Shown: positions 51,117 through 64,000, counted from the stretch's first letter. The stretch is 64,000 bases of DNA from Felis catus (GCF_018350175.1 NC_058368.1:96412001-96476000); one strand, 5' to 3'. Notes: a model not told the origin generated them from the letters alone. Numbers and translations are program-made.

Positions 51117-52529
51117 GCCCCCGCCACCACCATATACCTTTAAAGGGAAGATCTGAGTGTCCTCAAGTAAAGGGGGGCCAGTAGCCAGAGTGTCTGTCAC
51201 ACAGCACAATAAGGCTACATTAGACACTGACTCAGTTTGTGTCTTTCCTGTTATCCTTAATTAACTATGAAGGAATCCATCTCCCACCACAAAGGATTCG
51301 CTTTGACTTCTGTCAATATTTTACTTGTGATTTCTCCTGTAATGACAGGTCTTGTGTCTACTCTGCATCCAGACGGTTACGTGTCCACCAAGCTATGCCT
51401 CTCACACAAACATAGCTGTGTCCTTGCTCACCAGCACACCAGACATGGATGGCTCACCAGGTACCTGATGGTGACCTTCCCAAGCATCTTCTGAAATTGG
51501 TGACTTTTGGACAGTTCAGGAGCTCTCAAGAAGAACCAAACAACAGTAACACAACGGAAGCTTCCTGGCATGAAAAAGCAACTCAACACTGTCCTGTGAA
51601 ATGTATGATGATAACATAGCTTAGACTTGTTTTGCCCATCAGAAAGCTTACATTGAATTATAAAACAGTAATTCCAAGCTTAGTTGTGAGGGTTCTGGGT
51701 TTTACCTTTGTAGATGGGTATTTCAAGGAGCAGGAACTTAATTTTCAAAACAATTCCAGCTCTCTTTAACACAGAGTTCTTTTAACTTAATAAACATTTG
51801 TTGTACAGGCACATATCTGGGTACACAGATTTAACAGCCTGTGTTCTCAGCAATTTTATAGTTCAGGGGCAAATACAGAGATGTGAATATTCTAGTAGTT
51901 GCAAAGTAGTATGTGCTCTGATGGGGCAAACACAGCTACAGTTATTAGACTCTGCTTACAATCATGAAAAACTTCCTTTCAGAAAGTGCTATTTCAGCTG
52001 AGACGTGAAATAAGCCTTGGGGCAGGCAAAGGGGAGGGTAGCCAAAGGGGGAGTAAACAGGAAAAGATCGAGATAGAACAGTGGGTCATCTCGCATCAGG
52101 AATATAAAAATTTAACAACATTCTGAAATCAAATCGTCAAGATGAAAAAAAAATAGATCAAAGAAGACTCAAAATTTCCATTTCCACATGAGGAAAGAGG
52201 ATAAACATACATGATGTTCTTCTATCAATTTAACTGGCATGTAGGTGAGGTTGGTGGTAAGATGAGGTCAAGTTATATTTGTTAGATTATACTGAAATTG
52301 CCTCCTGAGGTAATGACAACTGAGATGGGCAGGAATGTTGATATAACATGTATCTAACAGACAGGATTTGGACCTCAACTCCTCAACAAGACATAAAAAC
52401 ACAAATTCTTTAACATCAAATAATTTGGCAAGTGAAATAGGGTTTACATCAAAGATAATTGAGGCCAAGAAGATACGTATGCCAATGTGTGATACCCTAT
52501 TTTCCTTACCATATGTAAACACCTATTTC

Positions 52530-53370
52530 TTAAATCAACACTTATTTCCTGTAAGATACTTGGCTAGGCCACAGAGAAGTTTTAAATGAGCAAAATGAAG
52601 TCATTTTTTCCAAAAGAAAGAATGGATGAGAAAAAAATGGTTATTTTCATGCCGTGTAACAACTTTTATCACAAAAGAAGACCCGGGGAATGTATGAGAG
52701 CCAGGAATACCGTGGCGCCCTTGAAAAAAAGAAGTTTCAAGGCTCCAAAGAGGAGCTCACACTTTGCCTTTCTTAAATAACGCTTGGGAATTGCCAAGTG
52801 GACAAGCTGGAGAATGCCTTTAAGGTCAAGGGAAGATGGTGGGCAAACACAAAGAGGTATCCATACAGACTGTTAGGGGCTAAGCATGGTTTGTGGGGAT
52901 GGCAGGGTGTGAGGCTCAGCAAGGAAGGAGCAGTAAAATAAGGAAGACATGGAAAGCCTCCTTGGTCATCTTAGAGTCTGGGTTTTCCCTCACAATCGGT
53001 GTGGCGCCATTAAAGGAATTGGCAGACGTGAAGCAGCGAGATCAGAATTCCATTTCTGAGACTCACTTAACTCTTGGTGTAAGCATTTAAACGAGATCAT
53101 TCAAAAGGCAAAGAGAAGTGGGGGTTCAGGTGTCCATTTTTTTAGCTTAGACTATTGAATAGCTTTCTAAGGCATTTTCAATTGGAATAGAAAAGGCAAG
53201 TATGAATTCAAAACATATTTAGAAGGTAAAATGAACACAACGTGTTGGAAATGGGCAATAAGTTAACGTAAACTCTCACCCAAGATTCAGGACTCACGCT
53301 TGCTCTGACAAACATAAATACATTCATGAGGAAAATGGAATAACACATTTGAAATGATAACTGTGCTGTC
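52530..53370 (-). mobile_element. L2 relic
   Basis: aatcaacacttattt start; ccattaaaggaattggcagacgtgaagcagcgagatcagaattccatttctgagactcac; aaacatatttagaaggtaaaatgaaca. Confidence 0.6.
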
Positions 53371-53487
53371 AGTTTATGTGGTTTCTGTTAACCAAAAATT
53401 ATCACTGACTTAAATGGTTAGGGACTAAATGGTATTATTTCTTTCAGGAACCAAGAGGAAATGAGAATACATAAACCTGCACATGCA

Positions 53488-53488
<1 letters not shown>

Positions 53489-53533
<45 letters not shown>
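53489..53533. repeat. (CA)n microsatellite
   Basis: Perfect AC run. Confidence 0.97.
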
Positions 53534-53535
<2 letters not shown>

Positions 53536-54253
53536 AATTACAGAAAAAGAAGTATGTGTCAGGGTGCGAGGAATACTAAATCCTACCAACCATTCAGATT
53601 TTTATAGGACTCCACAAACCACTTTCCCATATATTATTTGATAAAGTATCACTGAAACAAACCAAACAGAAATTTGAGGCATATTAGGGTAAAATCCTAA
53701 AAAATACAAATGAGTACAGGTAAAGAAAATTGTTAAAATAAAAGAAGGTTCACTGAGCAAGATATGCTTAATAATTTGGGTTGAAGGCTGTAGACAAAGT
53801 GGACCAAAAGAAAGAAGTACCTTAACCTTTCTGTCAGGCAAAAAGAAACAAATCAGCAAGCAACAGTGAACTGTTATGCAGCTAAATAAACAACCAGAAA
53901 GAAACACTGCTGTGTAAACGCTTTTTATAGAGCTCAACCAAGCTGAGTGGCTAAGAGTTGGAGAAGGAAGTGCTAAATATGTAACAGCCTGGGGCCTCGG
54001 TGGACCCAAATAATAGTTATTTCTGAGTAGGTCAAGCAAGAGTCAATAAAAAAGAAAGCAGGAATGAATGTTGGGTTCATAGCAGGCTAATAATGCCCTT
54101 CTGGGATAAGCCTGGGTTTCAAATCGACAGAATCAAATTCTTAAATTTCAAATACTTTATTATAGACTGCCAGTTCTGGAAATAGCAGTTGAATAGCTAA
54201 GAAATTGATAAGTTCTAAAAACCAGAATCATCCTTAATACAGGCTCTCCAAGT

Positions 54254-54430
54254 CAGTGTTTTTCAACATGGGTAGAAGAATTACTTGTCAAGAAATAACA
54301 CAGAAATTTATGAAACGTAGATTCTTGGGTACCACTTCATAACTACCAAAGTGTAATTTAAAAGTGAAAACTGGTATTAATTTTTTTATTGAACAACCCA
54401 GTGAGTCTGTCTTAAAATATATTAAAACTG
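54254..54430. mobile_element. MER5-like hAT DNA transposon
   Basis: cagtgtttttcaac..gtagattcttgggtaccac..aacaacccagtgagtctg..aaaactg. Confidence 0.55.
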
Positions 54431-54473
54431 TTTTGTCCTGTTTTCAAATGCCATAGTTCATTTATAGATAAAG

Positions 54474-54574
54474 GGATGGTTGGATGGATGGATGGATGGA
54501 TGGATGGGAGGAAGGAAGGAAGGAAGGAAGGAAGGAAGGAAGGAAGGAAGGAAGGAAGGAAGGAAGGAAGGAAG
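54474..54574. repeat. (GGAT)n(GGAA)n compound microsatellite
   Basis: Direct reading. Confidence 0.95.
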
Positions 54575-55197
54575 GGTACGTAGATACCCAGCTAGGCAGC
54601 CAATTTGATACCAAAATTTCTTTTTCTTTTGCCCCAAGCTTAACTTGTTAACTAATACCAGATTAAAAATATATACTGTTTAGAAAGTAGGGTTTTTTTT
54701 GAAACAGAATAAATGTACATGCAACAAATAGGCAATATGAGAGGTCGCTTTCAATCAAGTGCCGAATTGTGTGGAACAGAACTTGTTCACCAAGGTTAAC
54801 TGAAAGATGGACTGACTTTCCCATGATGCCTTCTACTCTTCAGCTTGCCTGCATCCCTTCAAGTAGTTGAGGCTTCTAGACAGTAATGTATTAGGAACTC
54901 ATTATAATTTACTAAGTAAACCATTTACAAAATTCATCATAAAACATTTGTTAGAGCCTGGGGGGGGGGGGGTAGGGTGGGGGGGTAGTGCCATTCATAA
55001 ATTTCTTTGAAATGATGAAAATCTTTTGTTTTTCTGGTAGGAGAAAAAGAAAAATAACAATAAATGCAGATTCTTAGTAAGATGGTATATGAACAAACTC
55101 TTCAAGCATGTATAGCTCCTTCTCTCATAAGTCTATGAATCTCTCCTCTTACAAATATACTGTTGACAAAGTGGGACTCTAAAGAGACACAATGTTA

Positions 55198-55223
55198 GGG
55201 GCGCCTGGGTGGCTCAGTTGGTT
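55198..55223 (+). mobile_element. CAN-SINE head only (26 bp)
   Basis: GGGGCGCCTGGGTGGCTCAGTTGGTT flanked by 17-bp imperfect direct repeats. Confidence 0.85.
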
Positions 55224-55382
55224 AAACAAATACAATGCTACCTGCATTTCACTGGGCATCAGATGAAAGGAACAGGTGAGTGGGGTCAGCTTTGTGGGGT
55301 AATGGGAGTTATCAATTAAACTCTACAAGACTTGATAGGCTTGTGAAATACCACATTGCAAATCCAAAAACCATAAACTCAC

Positions 55383-55436
55383 CTAATTGCTGTGAAATCC
55401 AACTCTACAGACCATGCATCTAAGGTGGAATTGAAC
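55383..55436 (-). other. Candidate 54-bp cassette exon
   Basis: Acceptor ttttgtctttttcttttcataacccccag|G, donor TAG|GTGAGT; phase 2-2 frame open (FNSTLDAWSVELDFTAI). Confidence 0.35.
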
Positions 55437-56186
55437 CTGGGGGTTATGAAAAGAAAAAGACAAAACAAGTCTGTAAAGACATACACATGATTTACCAAAC
55501 TGCTCTAATTTATATCAGCAAATCCTTCCTTCCTGATGGGCACTGCTGACAATAAAATGACTGAGACCTGTATTATTGTCTGCTATTTTTTTCCCCAAAA
55601 AACATCATTATAAGCTTGGCAGGTAGGAGTGTGACAATTTTTAATTGTCATTATCAACAGTGTTTATTTAGTCAACACTCCTGGTAGAATAACATTTTTT
55701 AATCCAGATTCTTGTGAGGATGTTATTGAGAAATCATAAATTGCTAACATAAGTTTTTTTTAATTACCTAAAAAAAGAACAAAAAAGATAAATGATCAGA
55801 TTCATCTCTTAAATATTAGAGTGACTTCTGGGTCCCAAACTGGTACCTGCCAGTCAATGTCATTCCTGGCAGGAAGGCACAGAGGGTGGCTAGGAAAAGA
55901 TTCAGCTTGTTTATTTGGAAATCACTCAGCTTTCTGTCCAATTGACCTGTCAAATTCCAGCTGTCCTCAACACAGACTATAGGGTAAAGTGAGGTTTTAT
56001 TCACCCCCACAGCTGACCACCAGCTGCAAAAGGAGTGACTCTAAATGGGACAGTGGTAAGTAAGCAAGGAGTCTTCAGTCTGGGAACATACAAGAGCCAG
56101 AGAAGTCACTTCAATATATTATTTTTTTAAAGAGTCATTATAGAGGAAGTTTAACAAGAACAAAAATCTAAAAATATCCATGTCTT

Positions 56187-56386
56187 GGGGCGCCTGAGTG
56201 GCTCAGTCTGTTAAGTGTCCGACTTCAGCTCACAGTTTGTCAGTTCGAGCCCCACCTCGGGCTCTGCGCTGACAGATCAGAGCCTGGAGCCTGCTTTGGA
56301 TTCTGTCTCCCTCTCTCTCTGTCTCTCCCCTACTCACACTCTCTCTCTATCAAAAATAAATAAATGTTAAAAAAATTAAAAAAAAA
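56187..56386 (+). mobile_element. CAN-SINE (SINEC_Fc)
   Basis: TSD taaaaatatc(c/t)atgtctt. Confidence 0.95.
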
Positions 56387-56502
56387 TAAAAATATCTATG
56401 TCTTGGAAAATACATGAGCTTGGATTGTCCATACCAATTTTGATGTAATTTGAATAAAATGGGAAATAATCCTTTTTCACTTTTAAGACAAAAAATAAAA
56501 GT

Positions 56503-56520
56503 CAGAGAGAAGGAGAGAAG

Positions 56521-56571
<51 letters not shown>

Positions 56572-56632
56572 AAAAGGAAGACAGAAAGAAGGAGGGAAAA
56601 AGGAAAGGAAAAGAAAAGTAAAAGAAAAAGAA
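56503..56632. repeat. (GAAA)n polypurine tract
   Basis: Direct reading. Confidence 0.93.
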
Positions 56633-56653
56633 TTTTTCATAGGGAGTATTTTT

Positions 56654-56866
56654 AAAAAAAATTTTAAGTTTATTTATTTTGAGAGAGACAGAGACAAGCA
56701 AGTGGGGGAGGGGCAAAGAGAGAGTGAAACACAGAGAATCCCAAGGAGGCTCCATGCTGTCAGCGCACAGCCAGATGCAGGGCCTGAACTCATGAAACCG
56801 TAAGATCATGATCTGAGCCCAAATCAAGAGGGGGACGCTTAACCAACTGAGCCACCCAAGCACCCC
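56654..56866 (-). mobile_element. CAN-SINE (tandem copy A)
   Basis: Antisense consensus between atagggagtattttt and atagggagcattttt. Confidence 0.95.
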
Positions 56867-56882
56867 AATAGGGAGCATTTTT

Positions 56883-56968
56883 TAATATATATTTTTTAAA
56901 GTTTATTTATTTTGAGAGAGGGGGGAGAGAGAGAGAATAAGCAAGTGAGCAAGTGAGCAGGTAAGGGG

Positions 56969-57021
<53 letters not shown>

Positions 57022-57143
57022 CCAAGCAGGCTCTGCACTGTCAGCACAGAGCCTGATACAGGGCTCAAATTCATGACTGAGATCATGACCTGAATCAAAA
57101 TCAAGAGTCAGGCTCTTAACCAACTGAGCCACTCGGGTCCACC
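56883..57143 (-). mobile_element. CAN-SINE (tandem copy B) with long (GA)n
   Basis: Antisense consensus between atagggagcattttt and acagggagtattttt. Confidence 0.95.
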
Positions 57144-58814
57144 ACAGGGAGTATTTTTGATTATGAGTGATTAATCATCTCTCCATGAATGAACTATAAG
57201 AAGGAAACACCGACACTGTGATTCTTGGACAGATTGTCTTTCGCATTCATCTGTGTGTTTCTCCAAGAAAAACAAAAATACCTATGGTTGTAGGTGAAGA
57301 GAGAAGATTTTTAAGAGATACATTTTTTGTGAAACTTCACAGCAAAGAGAAATTGCATTCCACATATGAACACAATAATACTGGCAAAGATGCCCTTTTT
57401 CCTTTATATCCTGAAAAGTTACTCGAAGTTTTACCTAAAAATTTCTTAAAAAGCAGTAGTACAATAATTAGTTAGGTATTAAATTATATACCATTTCTTT
57501 CCTGGGGACCCAAAAAGTCCTTATCAATAGGAAAAATCCACATCCAAACTCTGGGTTTGCCCAAGTTCACTACTGGCATAATGCAGCCATGTTTATGAGA
57601 GGACTCACAAATGAAGTCACTGCAAGGCTTTTGCTAGGAGACTGAACCCTGAAAACTTTTCTTTCTTCCTTCTTGTTGCTAGCAGACCTCAGGGCATTTG
57701 TGGATTGTCTCATAGACATGCTGAGGAAAGTGACCTTTGTGTCTTTTGGCGTGCCTAAGGCATATCCCATGTCAGACAAGCCTATTACTGTCTGACTCAG
57801 TTTCTAGAACACAGTTTTGGTTTTATGTAGCTGCCTTTTACTTCTCCCATCCTTGCTATAAGCCCTCCATCTACCAAATGCACCTTCAATACTAAGGTAT
57901 CTTCCTCCAGTAACACTCCAAAGTCTTGAATTTTTTTCATGCCCGGAGACAGCATCACCAGCTTTTGAGGATTATGCTGATTCAAGAGTGGCAGTAATTC
58001 TGGCTACCCTTCTCCATATTTTGAAGTGGTCTGTAATAGAGGTCGGTAGCATTCCGATTTAGCTCTTAATAAGATCATCCTAATTTGAAGTAGTTATTAG
58101 TTTCACTTCTGTGCCAGAATGGTAGCTGAAATTGAGGTGATTTTATACATGTTTATGGGAGCCATTTCATCATTTGATTTTATAACTAAGAAGTTATGTA
58201 GCATGTTATAAAATTGCTTATATATTTTGTTACTATATAAGTAGGAAGAGTGATATTCTTCAAGAAATTTAATGGAACCAAATATAGGCCACGCTTATCT
58301 ATGACTGTTAACTACACGATTAGTCCGTCCACTCACAGATCAAATAAACATTATCAAACACTCTTTCAGACACTGTGGATATAATCCCCGTCATAAATGT
58401 GCTCCTAGTTTTGTGCAGTACTTTACCAATTTTTATAGAAGCAACTTATTTTATGCTAATGAAATCATACATGAAATCCTGGTAAATATAAAACTAATAT
58501 AACTGGCACTTTATTAGTATAAATTTATTTTATAGATCTAAACTTATCAAATGTTATCGCTAAAGCTAATAACAATAATGATGCTGTTATTATTTTTAAA
58601 ATTTTGTATTACGGTTTTAATCTCAGCTCAGTCTCTGCAGTATTTATTTCTATCATATACTTTAGTTGTACCATATTAAAAAAAAAAAACCTCTTTATTC
58701 AAGAAGTATGTGCAAAGGGTAGAAGTTATTTGACTACTCATCATGACAATTTGAGATACTCTTCATCTAAACAGAGATAAAAAGGGAAGCTTTATTTAAA
58801 GATATGCACGAAAT

Positions 58815-59206
<392 letters not shown>

Positions 59207-59309
59207 AGATACAAAATGAATAAATCTTGTAGACTGTACTATAAACTTTGGGTACTCAACATGTGAAAAATACAGTGTAACACATTCAATCATATATATT
59301 TATTTTAAT

Positions 59310-59830
59310 TTAAAATAAATTTTACTTTAAAACTTCCTAGTTAGAAATTATTTTAGACTTATAGAAAAGTTGCAAAAATAGTGCAGATTTCCCATATAAC
59401 TTTTGCCCAGCTATCCTAATGTTAACATATTTTAAAACCATAGAAAGACATCAAAAACAGGAAATTAACATTGGTGCAAGACTGTAAACTAAACTATAAA
59501 TCTTATTCAACTTCCAACAGTTTTTTTTTTCACTTATGTCTCTTTTCCATTCATAGGATACAATCCAAGATCCTAAACTGCATTTAGTTGTTACTCATCC
59601 AAGAGTGTCACTTTCTCAGTCTTTCTCTTGTCTTTCATGACACTTTTGAAAAGTACTCAAAAATCATTTTGTGGAATATTCTTCAAACTGATGTTTTCTC
59701 ATGATTAAAATGAGGTTATACAAGCAAAGATTTATCTTTAATTGCATCAATAATTATGATATCATTACAGTTCTATCTGGCAGCTTGATCTATTTCATCA
59801 ATTTGAAGAGACAGATGCCACGAATTCTCC
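59310..59830 (-). mobile_element. L1MC-type 3' end
   Basis: aattattttagacttatagaaaagttgcaaaaatagt..cctaatgttaacat..aggaaattaacattggt..gcatttagttgt. Confidence 0.8.
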
Positions 59831-59959
59831 CTGATATTGCCTTTGCTCTCCATTCTCCAAGAATCCAGACAGACTTATGTACAATATTGCACACATGTCC
59901 TGTGCTCTTTTCTGTATTTTCAATAATATTTTTTCTCTCCTGTGTCAATCTATTTTCTA

Positions 59960-61102
59960 TAGGTTTAGACTCCAGGTTTTTAACCCTCTCTTCAGCTAAA
60001 CCTAATGAGTTACTGTACCAGTCATTATTTTTTTTGTTGTTTCGATTAATAATTTTTATAGACTCAAGCACAGTTTTGTTTCTTCATTTTTAATCTATGG
60101 AAGAGTCTACCTTATAAGTACAGTATCTGGATTCATTGTCAGACTGCATCTACTGTTAGTTTTCTTTCCTAGTTTTGGCTATTTGATCTTGAGTCTTGGA
60201 ATTGCTGGCAATCTTTTCTATTGAATGTTGTCCATTTATTATCAACATGTACTGAGGCTCTAGATGTTGTTACAGACCCTTCAAGAGGAAGTGTAGAGCT
60301 TCTAGTTGGCAGAGAGGATACAGGCAGATTTCTTAGACCTGGTTGAGGCAGTGTTTCAGACATGCTAAGGGCTCATCTATTTCTGATGTGCCCTTACTTC
60401 ATTTGTGATACGCCATCAGAGATTTCAACTGAAAGCCTGATGTTCAACATAGCCCTTCTCTCTTAAGGGAGCCTAAAATTACATTATTTTGTTTCCATGG
60501 CACTGTGATATTTCATAAATCTTTGGTTGCCACTTTCACTTTTTTAGTAGCTGGTTTTCTTTCACTCAGTTGTGTCTCACTGCATGGATACACCACCCTT
60601 TTCTCCAGGATCTTGCCCCATCAACTGGTGTCTCTCTTGGTGGCTTGAAGAGTGTTTCATTTCTTTTCCCTCTAGCCCAATGTTACGGCATAGGCTCTGA
60701 GCTGCTACTTTTTCTTTGGCATTTCTTCCTAATGCCAGTAAATGGCAAATGCCCTGAGATGAAAAAAATTGTGCTGAGACTGTACCTCAGTGCACTTTCT
60801 TTCTCCACAGAATCTGGGCCTTTCTGAGATAGAGATAGAGATAGAGATAGAGATAGAGATAGAGATAGAGATAGAGATAGAGATAGAGATAGAGATAGAG
60901 ATATATAGATAGAAATAGAGATATAGAGATATAGAGATATCTATATCTATATATCTATATATATAGATATATATACATACACACACACATTTTAAATAAG
61001 GGTTTGCTCATTTTTGTTTTGTTTTGTGTTTTTCTTCAGCTGTTTTCAGTGTACATGTTAGTCAGATATAAGATACTCCATATTAGCCTGAAGATGAAGT
61101 CC
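59960..61102 (-). mobile_element. Ancient L1M 5' region
   Basis: Minus strand begins gacttcatcttcaggctaatatggagta (L1M 5'-end-like); T-rich plus strand typical of antisense L1. Confidence 0.55.
60826..60988. repeat. (GAGATA)n hexamer array grading into (TA)/(CA)
   Basis: About 12 perfect GAGATA units; explains the ISISIS ORF. Confidence 0.95.
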
Positions 61103-61534
61103 AATTTTAGACATTTTATTGTCTTAATTTCTCAAACATAAGTCTGATGGCAGTACAATGTGCCTCCCTACTAAACAGAAGAACTTGAGTGGTTTTTCAA
61201 TGGACCCGTCTTCTATTCTGGAGGTGAGGGCCAGATCCTCTCCTCCCTCAAAGTGTCCTCTTGAAGTGCCCACTAGCCCTTTCCAAAAGTCCTCCCTTCT
61301 TCTGAATTCTTCCCTTATTCTGAAAATTCTTTCCTTCTTCTGAATCTTGAGACTTTTAAATCCTTGAAGTTGGTTTTAGAGTCTACCCACTCTCAAACAT
61401 GGTGATCTATTTTCCAATTAAGTGAACTGGAGTATCTTTTCCTTCATCTCCAATCAAAACTGAGACCAGTTGAGTCCTTTGAAAACATTACATTGTATTT
61501 CATTTAAAATATATGTCAAAGATGTATTCATTAA

Positions 61535-61650
61535 CTAAATGGTAAGGGATATTTTGAAAAAGTATATGTACATCAAATCATCACAATGTTTAGTTTAAAT
61601 ATCCTATCATTTTATTTGCCAATTGTACCTCAGTAAAACTGGAAAAAAAT
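61535..61650 (+). mobile_element. L1 3' terminal fragment
   Basis: atatgtacatcaaatcatcacaatg..ttttatttgccaattgtacctcagtaaaactggaaaaaa. Confidence 0.8.
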
Positions 61651-64000
61651 ATTAATTAAATGCTTGCTTTTATATAATTCAGAAAGATTATGTGTCTGTC
61701 TCAAAATAAAAATCAGAATGAATTTTCCCCTATCTTCCCCTAAATGTCCTCCCGTAAATATATTAAACACAAACATCCAAGTGAAGAATTCTGCTTCCAC
61801 AGAGTTAACCTCAATATTGCATAACTGGTCATGAGTCACATTTCCACATTAAATCTGAAATGAAAAATTATTTTCATTACCTTTAGGTTTTTGTAAAACT
61901 TGTTTAACTTTATCCTCTGGCTTTCAGGAGTCTACCAAGCTTTGAACCATTCTTTTATGTTTATCTTTTATCTGTATCATTTTTATCTCACTGTCTAAAG
62001 CTCAAATTCAAGTGTTCATGGACCCATGCTACATTCTTTCACTACACTCATATTCTCTTCTTCAGGAATATATTTTCTGTCATCAATAACAAAATTCTGA
62101 AGGCCTTCTAAGGGTAGAGAATTTTTTTTCCAGAATCTCATAGTATGGAGAACATACCTCCATGTTTTCCAAACTGTCTGAAATCTAGCTTTTCAAATCA
62201 TCTATTACCTAAAGATACAAAACAAGATACTAAAAATGATCCATTATATTACATTCACTTAAAACTTAAAATATTTTTGGAATCGACAAATTATAGTTTA
62301 TTCAATAAATTTTCACTTGCTCATTTTAGTTTTGTAATACATAAAACTTACATGATTTGATATATTGCAACATTTTGCAAGGTATTTAATCTGCTATTTA
62401 AGATTCAGTTGAAATTTACATTAATTCCAACATTCTAAGAAGAAAAATTATTGGTTCATATTTATAAGAGGATCAAACACAAATTAGTTTTTTAAAAAAC
62501 AATTTTCCAATGTAATGCTCCATGTTGGGGTATAGTGTTTATCAGTATATTCATTATTATAATTTTACTTTAAAATCATGCAGGAAATCAAATGAAAATC
62601 TTCCTAAAATTTAATTTATCCTTGAGAAACTATTTGCATCCCTCAGAAAAGAGGTATTAATATTTTGCAATAAATCTTCATTATCCTTATATGTAAATAT
62701 CACTGTTTGGTTTAGTTCTTGCACGCAAGAGATTAATGATAATAAATAAGCCCCATATCTCACACATAACTAACTGATAAACCTATTTTTGGATCTTTCT
62801 GTGGATGTGGCTCTTATATGTCATGTTCTTATAAACTACTTATTATAAATACCAGTATTATATGTATAATGGCCTTATCGTGCATTTCACAAACCAGAGA
62901 GATTGCTTTCAGGGAATGTAAACCATTAGACATATTTTAAATGTGATGGATGATTTATTTTTGGCATACAGAGAAAGTCTGCAGCTCTTTATTCTGTCAA
63001 GAAACCATAGCTATTCAAAAGCTACAAGTCTGTTGCCTCTCTGTGGTTAATGACTCTAGGTCTGAGAAGGCAATGAAACAGAAGTCCTCAGAGCTGAGTA
63101 AGAAACATTTAAAGGTCTCTTCTAACGCAGGATCTCAGTGGGATTGCAAACAGTGAGCAGTGCAGAAGGTCACAGACAAAAACTTCATAATAAGTCCTTT
63201 TGTCTAGAAAAGAGTCTTTGGAATCATCTCTCCCCAAAAGGACACACTTAATAAAGATAACTTGTTGCTCCGTTCACAAATTCAATATACCTCTTGCATC
63301 TAATTGGATTTCCAAATATTTGGTCATGGAAACTAAATATCATATGAGCTCATACACACAAAACTTTCATGATCTTTATTTAGTGAAGTGCTTTAGTTAT
63401 TTATTTTTAAAGTTGAACTCTCCCTAAGGAATCCAAACTGATAGCTTAAAATGGCATTCTGTTTCTTTCCTGAATGTAAGTCCTGCTTAAGGGCTGTAAT
63501 TCATCCAAAAGGGAAAAAAAAAAAAAAAAAGAAAAAAAGGCACAGACTGGAAATAAATCACCATCATCTGAAGACATGGAATATACATATATAGGTGGGG
63601 TTACACAACTATTCTCTAATATGACTGAATCATAGATGGCACAGATTTCTAGGGGGAAAAAAAAGCATGCTAATGAACTAAAACCACTCTAAATCAAAAT
63701 TCCATTTTCATTATTGACCAGAACACTACCTTGCTACCTCCAAATAGTAAAGCACTAAAGGTGACAGGGACAAAAATAAAGTAATGGACAAAGGTTGAAT
63801 ATAATCATGAAATGAATTCCCCATAAAGCATCTGGCCCTGTTTAGCTGAGTGAGGAAATAGTGTTTTCTTTTTTTCTTGTGAATGGCCAATGCCACTTAA
63901 TTATATATTCATTTAATGTGTTAAAACATGCTTCCTGAGCCTGTATCATAAGACTAGCAATTATGTCACCTGAATTTAAAAGAAAAAAAAATCTGTTTTG

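Noticed and set aside
57570..57985. Two adjacent minus-strand ORFs as a processed pseudogene
   Set aside because: No parent protein recognised and no poly(A) tail or TSD; a BLASTx search would settle it

Overview
This is AT-rich, CpG-depleted mammalian genomic DNA from a feliform carnivore, most likely a felid. It carries about 25 tRNA-derived CAN-SINEs of the SINEC_Fc type. I found no recognisable protein-coding gene, structural RNA gene, CRISPR array or prokaryotic system; the supplied ORFs are chance frames in SINEs, microsatellites and old repeats. The window reads as a large intron or lncRNA region. It contains L1, L2, CR1/L3 and MIR relics, hAT DNA transposons (MER20, MER94, MER3, MER5), ten solo LTRs (nine on +, two in nested stacks) and many microsatellites. 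The most interesting items are: (1) strong exon-like signals at 14.1-17.4 kb that can be joined on the minus strand into a speculative 46-aa micro-ORF, with an opposite-strand non-coding exon beside them; (2) an LTR orientation bias pointing to a minus-strand host transcript; (3) two SINEs sharing one triplicated target site; (4) a 26-bp SINE head flanked by target-site duplications (TSDs); (5) nested LTR/L1/SINE stacks; (6) an L1 whose 5'UTR is fused directly to ORF2; and (7) an ancient CR1 C-terminal relic. Repeat family names come from recalled consensus sequences, not a database search, and the boundaries of old repeats are approximate.
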